In this document: one piece after another, positions 18,109-27,627 of the stretch
Layout of the letters: each line of letters starts with the position of its first letter
Numbering within the stretch: the stretch's first letter is position 1
Source of the DNA: Nitrososphaerales archaeon
GTDB taxonomy: Archaea > Thermoproteota > Nitrososphaeria > Nitrososphaerales > UBA213
Assembly (NCBI GenBank): GCA_965197925.1
Contig: CBDAOC010000016.1
Span: 64,001 to 128,000, forward strand
Direction of reading: 5' to 3'
DNA length: 64,000 nucleotides
Notes under the pieces: generated by a model
What the model saw: only the letters and a program-made list of their open reading frames with translations
What the model was told of the DNA's origin: nothing
Database searches by the model: none
Program-made: the position numbers and the translations under genes

Positions 18109-18603
18109 ATGAATAAAGAATACCAAAAATTTATTAAACAACTACCTGATCTAAGCCAAACAACAGTGCCCGATCTTGTAGCACACTGCCGCAGGATAAT
18201 AGAACCTGCGGCACACAATATATACATAGCATGTGCATACAAAGACTCTAAAGTAAGCGTAATGGAAGCACGAAAACTCCTATGTATTGCCGTAAGCAAC
18301 GAACTAAGAGGCGCACATATAAAACACTACAATCCCATAGGAGACACTACCAAAAATACAACAGAGCTAGAACCTAAATCACCTGAATATACCAACTGGT
18401 ATGATATAGATCTAAGTCTATTAGATAACGCAACACATCTATTAATACTAGATATACCAGGTATACAGAATAGCTTAGGCGTAGCAGTAGAAATAGGATT
18501 TGCAAAAGCTAAACGAATTCCTATATATACAATTCCAGAAAGTCTCTGGAGTCCATTGGTAGGCCCTATAACACGGAGCAACATATACAATGGTGACTAC
18601 TAA
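18109..18603 (+). CDS. Nucleoside 2-deoxyribosyltransferase-like (DUF1937-type) protein
   Basis: IYIACAY...DLSLL...LLIL.IPG..NSLGVAVEIGFAKAKRIPI. Confidence 0.65.
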   Translation: MNKEYQKFIKQLPDLSQTTVPDLVAHCRRIIEPAAHNIYIACAYKDSKVSVMEARKLLCIAVSNELRGAHIKHYNPIGDTTKNTTELEPKSPEYTNWYDIDLSLLDNATHLLILDIPGIQNSLGVAVEIGFAKAKRIPIYTIPESLWSPLVGPITRSNIYNGDY

Positions 18604-21139
18604 TAAACTACACACACAAATAGGACAGATAGAAGTATCTGTATATAATAATGGATTCGATGCAAAAAGCCGAAGATATATACGTTTACAAGAAATTGCG
18701 GACATTATTATCACTGGCCGTCCAATGTTATCGAATCCATCAAGATCAATAAAAGACCTACAAATAGAAGCCAGATTCAAAAAAGAAGAACTACCTCACA
18801 GCGAATACCAAGAATGGAAGGCTACCAACCTTCCTATGTTCCTAGTTACCGGATGCTTTTCAGAGCGTAAGACAAACGCACTAATCGGTCCACATACATC
18901 TCTTATAAATGTAGATATTGATCATGTAACTGATGTAGTTACAATGAAAAACAACATAATAGCCAATGAACCATCATTAGTAATGGCTGGTATATCACCT
19001 AGTGGTGATGGTATAAAATTAGTATTCCATGTTGCCCCAACACCCACAGACGCAACAGAACACAGACAGATAGCAACACAGTTACATAAATATCTATCTG
19101 AAAAGTACAACATACCTCTAACAACAGACAACGAAGATAAAATGGGAATAGATACAGCAGGTAACAGACTTGTCTTTACTTGTTTCTTTTTCCATGACGT
19201 AGACTTATACCTAAACACCCAAGTTCCTTCTAGATTCCAAGGAAATATCCAAAAAATACTTCCACAAGCAGAAGAACCTTTAGAGAATTTCGATTGGTAT
19301 AAATTAGACAATGCACTGAAATTCTACACACCAGACTGTTCGTATGAAGACTGGAAAGACATAGGTATGGCCCTTAAACATGAAGGGTATAAGCGTCATC
19401 AAGAAGAGTTATTCTTTGATAAATGGGATGAATGGAGTAAAGGCTCGGAAACACAGTATGATGCCTCAAAAATGCAAGGAAAATGGGACACATTTAACCA
19501 AGATAATGATAGACAGATAACACTAGGTAGCATATATGCCAGAGCCAAAGACAATGGATGGGCACCACCACTAAGTGCCATAACTTCTACAAAAACCGAT
19601 CAAAATAGACAGTCAGCAGAACAGCAAGAACTAGATCGGTATGCCCAAGAACAGAACCTACCTATGTATCTACGTCCAACTCCCGCAGAAGACACAGATA
19701 TGGCTAGAATATTACAATATATGAAAGACCATATAGTTATTGTAAATAACAAAGATGTATACATAAGAACAATGCAAGGAGCTTGGGATAAAATTGAGGT
19801 AGAAAGAGCTAACGGATTCCTAGATAACATAATAGAAATAGTACGTAAAAAAGCTGTAGATGAATCAGAGGAACATGAATATGGTGGCACAGAATACAAG
19901 ATACGCCTAGCTCGTTCCTTCCGTTCAACAAATAACCACATAAAGGCTATAACAGGCCGTCTACTAAGCCTAGCTGCACGTTCTGATCACGGTATAACCA
20001 CAATAAAGTTAAATGATTTCAATAATAGAATCGTACATAATCCAACACTACCTTTACAATATGGTGCAATAGACTTAACATCAGGGGCCATACTTACTCC
20101 TGATGAGTATGCACCTTTCCATGCTCTTGATACAGAGTTTTGGGCCACAGATTACGAACCTGAGATACTAAGTAAAAAGTCACCAGGTTGCCAAGTAGCG
20201 AAGCATCTAATAGAGACACATTATGGCATAGAACTAATATCTAGAATAGCCTATCACCTAGTAAACTCAAATAAATCAGTTGACATAATAAATATACCTG
20301 AAAGTTCCGCAGGTAAAACAGCCCTAGCAGAATGGCTTAAGTTAACCATAGGTAATGTAGGGATCGACTCTAGATCACGAAGCTTAACTGCTAAAGGTGA
20401 TGCGTACACTCAAGCAACAGCCCCACTAACGGAGCATTTAATCTATTTCTACGATGAAGTAGACAAACTAGATAATGACATACCAGCCGGTATATTGAAC
20501 GAAATGACCTCTGAGGGGCTTACAATCACAAAGAAGTACCAAAACCCCACTCCGCTCTCACGCATCGGCGTAGGGGTCTTAATGGGCGCGGATTGGCCCC
20601 CTATAGATACAACCGCGCAGGGGCTAGATACTCGTATAACATATGTGTACTATAAAAACCTACCACCCATGCCTGATTCCACAAAGAAACTACTTCAAAG
20701 TGATACTGATACACATAAGTACCTACTAGCACGTATAGTAGAACTATGTATCAAATGGGCCAGTAATCCAGAAGCCGAATGGAAAAATTCACCAGAGGCT
20801 AACAAAGCTAGAGAACGATTCTTCAGAGAAAGAACACCCGAGGCTAAACAAGTATTAATAGATAACTACACCTACACAGGCAATGAAGCCGACTATATAA
20901 CACTTGATCACATAAAAGAGCTACTATCAGGTATAACAGATAACAAACAAAACATACCCAAACTGCTATTAAGTGTATTCCCAAAGGCAAAGAAAAAACA
21001 AAAACGTGTAAAAATAGATGGTGTAGAACAGAGACTCTACGTATATATCAACATAAAGATAAAACCCGAAGAAGATCAAACAGTAGAATCAAAGGATATA
21101 GAAGAGATCTCTTCAAAAGTAATTGAAGAAATCGGATGA
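18590..21139 (+). CDS. Primase-helicase: BT4734/VirE-N-like primase domain, PriCT-2 and SF3-like helicase
   Basis: VDIDH, ISPSGDGIK, YEDWKDIGMALK..WDEWS..ITLGSIY..AKDNGW, Walker A SSAGKT, Walker B FYDE. Confidence 0.85.
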   Translation: MVTTNKLHTQIGQIEVSVYNNGFDAKSRRYIRLQEIADIIITGRPMLSNPSRSIKDLQIEARFKKEELPHSEYQEWKATNLPMFLVTGCFSERKTNALIGPHTSLINVDIDHVTDVVTMKNNIIANEPSLVMAGISPSGDGIKLVFHVAPTPTDATEHRQIATQLHKYLSEKYNIPLTTDNEDKMGIDTAGNRLVFTCFFFHDVDLYLNTQVPSRFQGNIQKILPQAEEPLENFDWYKLDNALKFYTPDCSYEDWKDIGMALKHEGYKRHQEELFFDKWDEWSKGSETQYDASKMQGKWDTFNQDNDRQITLGSIYARAKDNGWAPPLSAITSTKTDQNRQSAEQQELDRYAQEQNLPMYLRPTPAEDTDMARILQYMKDHIVIVNNKDVYIRTMQGAWDKIEVERANGFLDNIIEIVRKKAVDESEEHEYGGTEYKIRLARSFRSTNNHIKAITGRLLSLAARSDHGITTIKLNDFNNRIVHNPTLPLQYGAIDLTSGAILTPDEYAPFHALDTEFWATDYEPEILSKKSPGCQVAKHLIETHYGIELISRIAYHLVNSNKSVDIINIPESSAGKTALAEWLKLTIGNVGIDSRSRSLTAKGDAYTQATAPLTEHLIYFYDEVDKLDNDIPAGILNEMTSEGLTITKKYQNPTPLSRIGVGVLMGADWPPIDTTAQGLDTRITYVYYKNLPPMPDSTKKLLQSDTDTHKYLLARIVELCIKWASNPEAEWKNSPEANKARERFFRERTPEAKQVLIDNYTYTGNEADYITLDHIKELLSGITDNKQNIPKLLLSVFPKAKKKQKRVKIDGVEQRLYVYINIKIKPEEDQTVESKDIEEISSKVIEEIG

Positions 21140-21915
21140 TAAAGAACACCACCACTAGTATATGCCCTAAATGTAGTGGCAGAATACATACAGAACAAGT
21201 ACCCTCGGGTATGGCAAAAGTGCGGACATTCCGCACTTACTGTATTATGTGTGCCAAAACAATAAAAGAGCTAGAAATACCAGACCCACCAATGATAAAA
21301 CCTGATATAAAAGAACCGCCACATGTCATTCAAGTAGCAGGAATAAGTCTGTATACTGATACATTCGCGTACTATAACAATTCCCTATACTTCCTATCCT
21401 GTGTAGGAGCTACACATGACCTAGCTAGAATAAAGCAGACCATACAGAACAACAATACCAAGTTCAGTAAAATAGCACATATAGTACCAAGAACCGCTTT
21501 AGAATATAAACAAAAACTAACTGCTTTCAATCTAGCTTTAACTCCTTTAATAAACGGCAAAGTCTGGCAGCAACAAATGCCTAAACTTGGACAGAATCAG
21601 CAACATATAATATTAAGAGCGCAGACTCCTATTAATAAAAGTGCTGACTATTCATTCCCAGTATTCTCAGTTAACGAAGAACAATTCTCTAGAAGCCTGT
21701 ACGAACAATTACAACGACACACTGAAATTATTGCAATACCACAGTGGGCAAAAGAGATACATCAAATATGTATAAACGAACAATGGCTTACAACAATGAC
21801 ATGCTATGGAAACATAGTAGCCAGAATGTGTAGACCTAATCCGTATATATTACAGCAATTAATCCAAGAAGCTGTTCAAGGGCAGCAATTACCACTATTT
21901 CTAGATGAATTTTAA
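21136..21915 (+). CDS. hypothetical protein with N-terminal Zn ribbon
   Basis: CPKC...CIMC; C-terminal IPQWA motif. Confidence 0.6.
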   Translation: MIKNTTTSICPKCSGRIHTEQVPSGMAKVRTFRTYCIMCAKTIKELEIPDPPMIKPDIKEPPHVIQVAGISLYTDTFAYYNNSLYFLSCVGATHDLARIKQTIQNNNTKFSKIAHIVPRTALEYKQKLTAFNLALTPLINGKVWQQQMPKLGQNQQHIILRAQTPINKSADYSFPVFSVNEEQFSRSLYEQLQRHTEIIAIPQWAKEIHQICINEQWLTTMTCYGNIVARMCRPNPYILQQLIQEAVQGQQLPLFLDEF

Positions 21916-22471
21916 GACACTAAAAGAAGATGATCTACCTTGTCTAGAACAAATACCAATACAAAGTATAAGAGATATAATGGCAACACACCCATTTGAC
22001 CCAGACAAGTATAGACAAAATCGCGTAAAACCGACCACTGACACACAATACAATCCGCCTATCCGTGTACAACAAATGATTGACACCTCTCTAGAACCTA
22101 TAAAAACTAGACTAGATAATCTAGAGCAAGGAAAACCCATCGCTGTTAATGCAACTCCACAGTATTACAGACAAAAACGCAAAACAAATGACACTATTAA
22201 TAGAATATTCTTACTAGATAATGACAATATAGTGCACTTTATATTCAATGCTGTAGAAGACGTAGCAACTCCAACCTTACTAGGATGGAGATTGTGGCAA
22301 CCCCATGAACTGAAAAATTTAAGCGCATATGACATAACTGTTAGAGCAGATGGCAAAGTACTAATGCAAGATGTAATATATAAAACAGCAGATGAAGTAG
22401 AGGATGCGGCACTAGCTATAATAAATACAGGTAAAATAAATAGTGCCATGAACAATGCTCCCATGTTATAA
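21905..22471 (+). CDS. hypothetical protein
   Basis: 188-aa ORF overlapping the upstream gene. Confidence 0.6.
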   Translation: MNFKTLKEDDLPCLEQIPIQSIRDIMATHPFDPDKYRQNRVKPTTDTQYNPPIRVQQMIDTSLEPIKTRLDNLEQGKPIAVNATPQYYRQKRKTNDTINRIFLLDNDNIVHFIFNAVEDVATPTLLGWRLWQPHELKNLSAYDITVRADGKVLMQDVIYKTADEVEDAALAIINTGKINSAMNNAPML

Positions 22472-22472
22472 T
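22464..22472 (+). promoter_or_regulatory. extended -10 promoter element for tRNA-Ser
   Basis: TGTTATAAT 11 nt before the tRNA. Confidence 0.45.
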
Positions 22473-22483
22473 GGAGACAAATA

Positions 22484-22579
22484 GGGATAGTGGCAGAGAG
22501 GCTTATTGCGCGTGCCTGCTAAGCGCGTGGATCAGGCATCCACTTGGTTCCATGGGTTCAAATCCCATCTATCCCGCCA
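22484..22579 (+). tRNA. tRNA-Ser(GCT)
   Basis: GGGATAG/CTATCCC acceptor, CTGCTAA loop, long variable arm, GGTTCAAATCC, GCCA. Confidence 0.9.
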
Positions 22580-22606
22580 TTATTACATAAGGTATGTGAC
22601 ACATGA

Positions 22607-23053
22607 ATGGTACATTCAGCTAAGAAAGTAAACAAAAACACTACTAGTAGAACAGGCACTAGACCACCAGCAAAAAAGAAGAACCCAGTTCTTCGCCCCT
22701 CACTTAACAAGAACTCTAATAAAAAATCGGGAATATCAACTCGAGAAATGAAACAAGTACTAGTACGCAAGTTTGGATTGCAATGTTGGGGCTGTGATTT
22801 CATAGCACCAAGAGAACAGTACTTACAAATGGATCATATAGATCCAAAATCATTGGGTGGCTCCAATGGACTAGACAATAGAGCCCTGCTATGTGCTCCA
22901 TGTAATAGTCTTAAGTCTAATACAAAGACATTAATAGGCCTTAGATTAGAGAATCTACAAAGAGGGCACTCAAAAAGAGAAGAACATCCAATAGATGTAA
23001 TGAAAGCACGAGCATGGTGCCGCAAATACATTAGAGGAAAGGTAACTACATAA
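22607..23053 (+). CDS. HNH endonuclease
   Basis: CWGC...MDHIDPKSLGG...N...LCAPCNSLK. Confidence 0.85.
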   Translation: MVHSAKKVNKNTTSRTGTRPPAKKKNPVLRPSLNKNSNKKSGISTREMKQVLVRKFGLQCWGCDFIAPREQYLQMDHIDPKSLGGSNGLDNRALLCAPCNSLKSNTKTLIGLRLENLQRGHSKREEHPIDVMKARAWCRKYIRGKVTT

Positions 23054-23217
23054 TGCCTGCCGTAGGAAATAAAGCCACACGTTTCGGACGTGAACGAAAA
23101 GAAAAGGTTAAAACCATGAGCCGTTCACGTAAGAACAGAGCTTCCAGAAAACGTATACGCTCTGCAAAAGACTGGCGCAGAGCATTAAGATTAAAAGGAT
23201 ACGTTGAAACTACCTAA
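23053..23217 (+). CDS. 54-aa highly basic protein (below ORF-track cutoff)
   Basis: TAATG coupling to HNH gene; MPAVGNKATRFGRERKEKVKTMSRSRKNRASRKRIRSAKDWRRALRLKGYVETT. Confidence 0.6.
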   Translation: MPAVGNKATRFGRERKEKVKTMSRSRKNRASRKRIRSAKDWRRALRLKGYVETT

Positions 23218-23521
23218 ATATGTATGGTTCTTCTTTAAATGGTTACGTCAGGAACATATACATAACAGAACAACGCTACTAATTAAAACTAGATGTATAC
23301 TGTGCATGCACTATTTTGTACTCGAAGAAGAAGACGAAGCAGCGTACAAGCAGGGAATGATACTCCCTAAATGTTTAAATTGCATAATATATACTTACAA
23401 CAAATCAAGGAGCGGTGGCAGAGTCCGGCTTATTGCACTTGTCTTGAAAACAAACAGGGCCTTAAAACCCTCGCGGGTTCGAATCCCGCCCGCTCTTCCA
23501 TATCAACCACAAAGGCACTAA
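23204..23521 (+). CDS. Zn-ribbon small protein whose frame runs through tRNA-Ser(TGA)
   Basis: CILC...CLNC; AAGGA RBS before TTG. Confidence 0.45.
   Translation: MKLPKYVWFFFKWLRQEHIHNRTTLLIKTRCILCMHYFVLEEEDEAAYKQGMILPKCLNCIIYTYNKSRSGGRVRLIALVLKTNRALKPSRVRIPPALPYQPQRH
23409..23500 (+). tRNA. tRNA-Ser(TGA)
   Basis: GGAGCGG/CCGCTCT acceptor, CTTGAAA loop, long variable arm, GGTTCGAATCC, TCCA. Confidence 0.88.
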
Positions 23522-23523
23522 TA

Positions 23524-23883
23524 ATGAAACAAACCATAAACAACTACAAAGGCTTACCTATAGACTTCGCCAGACTTGAATGGATTGAAGGTAACAATAG
23601 TTTTTACGCTAATCAAGGTTTATGGAACATAAATATAGATGTAACGAATGACCTAGACATAGTATACGTAAAAGTAAATATGAAAACAGAGCCAAATGCT
23701 CTAATAACATATGGATACAATGAACTATGTAACACCTTCACGATAGAGTATAAAATCCAAGAACTTGCTTTCAAAACACTATTAGCATATATGAAATACC
23801 AAGATCCAACTCTATCTATACGACAAACCACACAAAAGAAAATAACTAGAGACACCGTTAAAGGGCTATTAAATGTCACATAA
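23524..23883 (+). CDS. hypothetical protein
   Basis: ATG at 23524 after the tRNA. Confidence 0.55.
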   Translation: MKQTINNYKGLPIDFARLEWIEGNNSFYANQGLWNINIDVTNDLDIVYVKVNMKTEPNALITYGYNELCNTFTIEYKIQELAFKTLLAYMKYQDPTLSIRQTTQKKITRDTVKGLLNVT

Positions 23884-25291
23884 CATAATCTTAGACACAG
23901 ACTCATACAAGCAAACCCATTGGAGAATGTCCCTACCAGGCATAAAGAAGATGGGTTCTTATTTTGAAAGCAGAGAAGGTGCAGAGTACAACGAAACATT
24001 ATTCTTTGGATTACAATATCTACTACTAAAGTATTTTGTAGGACAGCAAGTAACCCACGAAAAGATAGTAGAAGCTGAAAAATTCTGCCGAGAACACTTC
24101 GGCACCGCAGAAATATTCAACCGCGATGGATGGGCACATATACTAGTAGACCATGATGGTAAGTTACCCGTATCCATACGAGCTGTACCAGAAGGAACAC
24201 TAGTACCAGTAAGCAACGTCATGTTTACAATAGAGAATACATGTGACCAATGTTTCTGGCTAACCAATCACCTAGAAACATTACTAGTAGAACTATGGTA
24301 CTCCTGTACGGTAGCGACCATAAGTAGAGCAAACAAACTAGTACTATATGCAGGTCTACAACAAAGCGGTGACATAAACAATCTACCCTTCATGCTTCAT
24401 GATTTTGGATTCAGAGGATCTACATCTCGAGAATCAGCTAGTATAGGTGGAGCAGCACACTTAGTAAACTTCCGTGGCACAGATACCATAGCCGCAGTAC
24501 AATTATGTAAAGAATATTACGATGAAAACATGGCTGGCTATTCTGTACCAGCAGCAGAGCATAGTACAATAACCCCTTGGGGTAAAGACAACGAAACCAA
24601 AGCCTACAAACACATACTTGATACCCACAAAACTGGAATAGTATCTGTAGTATCTGACTCCTATGATATAGAGAACGCTTGTAAGAACATATGGGGTACA
24701 GAACTAAGAAAGTATGTAGAAGAACACCCTAATAGAAAGCTTGTTATACGTCCAGATTCAGGAGATCCTACTAAAGTAATACCTAAGATATTACTTATAC
24801 TAGCACAACAATTTGGTTGCAAGACTAACGAAAAAGGATACAGAGTCCTACCAGACTATGTAAGACTGATTCAAGGAGACGGGATTACCCGCAAGAGTCT
24901 ACCGATAATATGTAAATCTATTATAGATGCTAACTTCTCACTAGATAACATAGTATTTGGATCAGGTGGTGGTCTACTGCAGGATTGCAATAGAGACACA
25001 CAAAGATTCGCACTAAAATGCAGCTGGATACAAGATAAAGACGATAACATAATCCCTGTATACAAAGATCCAATAACCGATGCAGGTAAGAAGTCTAAGA
25101 GTGGAATACTAAAACTAGTAAACAACATAGATTTCAGAATCAATCGTATAACTGGTGCATATGATAATTGGAATCAACTAACCACTGTACCATACAGTGA
25201 CCCTAGACAAGATCTTATGAGAGAAGTCTTCAGAGATGGAGAACTACTAATAAGAGACAACTTAGCAGATATACGAAAGAGAGTTACATAG
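23873..25291 (+). CDS. nadV: Nicotinamide phosphoribosyltransferase (NAMPT)
   Basis: TDSYKQTH, LHDFGFRG, GTDT, PAAEHS, SVVSDSYD, IRPDSGDP, IQGDG, FGSGGGLLQ, KDPITD.GKKSK. Confidence 0.95.
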   Translation: MSHNIILDTDSYKQTHWRMSLPGIKKMGSYFESREGAEYNETLFFGLQYLLLKYFVGQQVTHEKIVEAEKFCREHFGTAEIFNRDGWAHILVDHDGKLPVSIRAVPEGTLVPVSNVMFTIENTCDQCFWLTNHLETLLVELWYSCTVATISRANKLVLYAGLQQSGDINNLPFMLHDFGFRGSTSRESASIGGAAHLVNFRGTDTIAAVQLCKEYYDENMAGYSVPAAEHSTITPWGKDNETKAYKHILDTHKTGIVSVVSDSYDIENACKNIWGTELRKYVEEHPNRKLVIRPDSGDPTKVIPKILLILAQQFGCKTNEKGYRVLPDYVRLIQGDGITRKSLPIICKSIIDANFSLDNIVFGSGGGLLQDCNRDTQRFALKCSWIQDKDDNIIPVYKDPITDAGKKSKSGILKLVNNIDFRINRITGAYDNWNQLTTVPYSDPRQDLMREVFRDGELLIRDNLADIRKRVT

Positions 25292-25645
25292 TTGACGACA
25301 GAAAAACTAACAAACAAAGAGTTAGCGAACATACTAGATCGTACATGGAATAAAATTAACCAGAAATTTGGACGGAACCCGTACCTATTTCTCAACTTAA
25401 TCAACGATACAACAATAAGAATCTATCCATCTGAAAAACAAATAGGTGAATGCACAGTTCAAATAACAAATGTTAAACAAAAATACCTAATGTTTTCAAA
25501 GTCCACAACCATAAGCCGTGCTGCCATAAAGATAACAATATCCAATCTATATTCAAAACTCTTTAAAGAAGTACAGAAACAAACAACACCTATAGACAAA
25601 CAAAATATGGATAATTTACAATCCATATTTAATGTAGTAAAATAA
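25292..25645 (+). CDS. hypothetical protein
   Basis: ORF abutting NAMPT. Confidence 0.5.
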   Translation: MTTEKLTNKELANILDRTWNKINQKFGRNPYLFLNLINDTTIRIYPSEKQIGECTVQITNVKQKYLMFSKSTTISRAAIKITISNLYSKLFKEVQKQTTPIDKQNMDNLQSIFNVVK

Positions 25646-25653
25646 ACAAACGT

Positions 25654-25730
25654 GCCTCCGTAACTCAATTGGCTAGAGTGCTCGGCTTTTAACCGATAGG
25701 CTGTGGGTTCGAGTCCCACCGGGGGTACCA
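25654..25730 (+). tRNA. tRNA-Lys(TTT)
   Basis: GCCTCCG/CGGGGGT acceptor, CTTTTAA loop, GGTTCGAGTCC, ACCA. Confidence 0.9.
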
Positions 25731-25748
25731 ATTAATAAAGGAAACAAA

Positions 25749-26318
25749 ATGAATTACGCAATAATATGCATAGACGAAACCGCATCAATGAGAGGACAAC
25801 AGCAAAGAGTAGTATCCTCTCTAAACGAGTACGTGAGTGGCCTACCAGAACATACTCATATAAGTGTATTTACTTTCAATAGAGAAATTGAATGGAAAAC
25901 ATACTTCGACAACTATAAAAAGAACTGGGTTAACATGACTGAGGAAGACTATCGGCCACAATCTATGACACCGCTATTCGATTCTATAGCAAAGACAATA
26001 CATCATGGTGAAAAGGTATCATCTTTAGATGATAAAGTATTTGTCATGATAGACACAGACGGCCAAGAAAATTGTAGCAAAGAAGAAACCATAGATTCCG
26101 TAAAGGCCTTAATACAACAAAAGAAAAATATGGGATGGGAATTTTGGTTCATGGCTAACAGCATAGACCAAATGTCTGCTGAAAGAATAGGTAAAACAGG
26201 CTTTGACCTAGGTATGAACGTAGCATCAAATGTATACCGCGATAGAAGGGCTGTATACAGTGCACATGTTGGACAGACTATGAGTTACTTCAACGACGAC
26301 AAAGAAAATACACCTTAA
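25749..26318 (+). CDS. vWA-domain protein
   Basis: MIDAS-like DETASM, TPLFD, TDGQEN, GWEFWF. Confidence 0.85.
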   Translation: MNYAIICIDETASMRGQQQRVVSSLNEYVSGLPEHTHISVFTFNREIEWKTYFDNYKKNWVNMTEEDYRPQSMTPLFDSIAKTIHHGEKVSSLDDKVFVMIDTDGQENCSKEETIDSVKALIQQKKNMGWEFWFMANSIDQMSAERIGKTGFDLGMNVASNVYRDRRAVYSAHVGQTMSYFNDDKENTP

Positions 26319-26322
26319 CCCT

Positions 26323-26946
26323 ATGGAACGAATATTAATCATAGATAAATCCATATTTCATAACAGTCATATAGATTATCACACAACCATAGAGATAAAG
26401 TATAACGAATATTGGAAACCCATAAATCCAGTATTCGATACAATAACATTACATAGTCTACAATTAAAATTAGATAAACAACCGCTCACATGTATAGCTC
26501 AATTCTTCAACACGTTAGTTGCAAAAGTAGATATAAAACCATCATTACCGTTAACAGGCCCAGAAGCTCTAGTAGCGTTACCTAAAGATGCACTTAAAAT
26601 GATTCTAGAACAATGCATAGAACACAGCAACAATAGTAAATTGATTGACATACTCAGTGTAGATAAAACTGACACAAAAAGTAATGAGAAAATAGTATTA
26701 ATTTGGCAAAATAGTGTTAAGAACGAATGGTGGACAACAATAAACAAAACATTAATAGTAGTTACTTACAGACCTATAATGCAAACATTTAAATGGAAAG
26801 CCAACATTTACAATATAAAACGCGATCCATTTAAGAAACATTGGATTAATGAATACAAAACAAGCAGTAGGGAAGAACTTAAACAAAAAATTAAGGAAAA
26901 CCTTACCGACTCCTATAATACCCACAACGACACTACCTGGCCGTAG
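26323..26946 (+). CDS. hypothetical protein
   Basis: 207-aa ORF. Confidence 0.6.
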   Translation: MERILIIDKSIFHNSHIDYHTTIEIKYNEYWKPINPVFDTITLHSLQLKLDKQPLTCIAQFFNTLVAKVDIKPSLPLTGPEALVALPKDALKMILEQCIEHSNNSKLIDILSVDKTDTKSNEKIVLIWQNSVKNEWWTTINKTLIVVTYRPIMQTFKWKANIYNIKRDPFKKHWINEYKTSSREELKQKIKENLTDSYNTHNDTTWP

Positions 26947-26955
26947 TGGTATAAT
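26947..26955 (+). promoter_or_regulatory. extended -10 promoter element for tRNA-Arg
   Basis: TGGTATAAT 6 nt before the tRNA 5' end. Confidence 0.55.
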
Positions 26956-26961
26956 ATAAGT

Positions 26962-27036
26962 GCCCCCGTAGTACAATGGAAAGTGCATGTGGCTACGAAC
27001 CACAAAATACGGGTTCGACTCCTGTCGGGGGTACCA
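26962..27036 (+). tRNA. tRNA-Arg(ACG)
   Basis: GCCCCCG/CGGGGGT acceptor, TGTGG-CTACGAA-CCACA, GGTTCGACTCC, ACCA. Confidence 0.9.
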
Positions 27037-27063
27037 TTAAATATAAAAATGCATTAAGACAAC

Positions 27064-27342
27064 ATGACCGTACTAGAATACACCCAAACACAATATAGAG
27101 CCTTAGAAAAGTTATATAGTTTAACTAAATCTCAACGAGACAACCTACAACATCGTTTAATCACTATGGAAAAGAAATACCATGAAGCCCATAGAACTAA
27201 CATAGAGAATAAAACTAAAGCAGGACTTGCAATACAGCGAGCTGTAGATGCTGAAGAAAGATTAAACGACGCAAAGAACGCATTACATTGTAACCACGAA
27301 TACGAACGTGGATCAGGCTTCTGCAATAAATGCGGATTATAA
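27064..27342 (+). CDS. Coiled-coil protein with C-terminal Zn finger
   Basis: Heptad-like region, then CNH...CNKCG. Confidence 0.6.
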   Translation: MTVLEYTQTQYRALEKLYSLTKSQRDNLQHRLITMEKKYHEAHRTNIENKTKAGLAIQRAVDAEERLNDAKNALHCNHEYERGSGFCNKCGL

Positions 27343-27349
27343 ATAATGT

Positions 27350-27424
27350 GCCCCTGTAACTCAATGGTAGAGTACTCGGCTCTTAACCGATAAGCTGTGG
27401 GTTCGAGTCCCGCCAGGGGTACCA
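27350..27424 (+). tRNA. tRNA-Lys(CTT)
   Basis: GCCCCTG/CAGGGGT acceptor, CTCTTAA loop; near-paralogue of tRNA-Lys(TTT). Confidence 0.9.
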
Positions 27425-27439
27425 TTTAATAAGGAACAA

Positions 27440-27625
27440 ATGCCTACCACAGAAGAAAAATTAATATCCATTTTACAAAAAGTAGAATACGCAGCTATTG
27501 ATATAAGTGACTACGATGATGAAAGTAAGACACTTACTTATCATACAGGACAACTATATGAAGCAATAGACATGCTCAAAACCGTACTACAAACAGTTCA
27601 AGAAATACGCAAAGAGTGCCAATAA
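27440..27625 (+). CDS. small hypothetical protein
   Basis: AAGGA RBS, 61 aa. Confidence 0.55.
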   Translation: MPTTEEKLISILQKVEYAAIDISDYDDESKTLTYHTGQLYEAIDMLKTVLQTVQEIRKECQ

Positions 27626-27627
27626 CA

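Noticed and set aside
26938..26955. tRNA 5' fragment (TGGCCGTAGTGGTATAA)
   Set aside because: No matching 3' half; better explained as an ORF stop plus an extended -10 element
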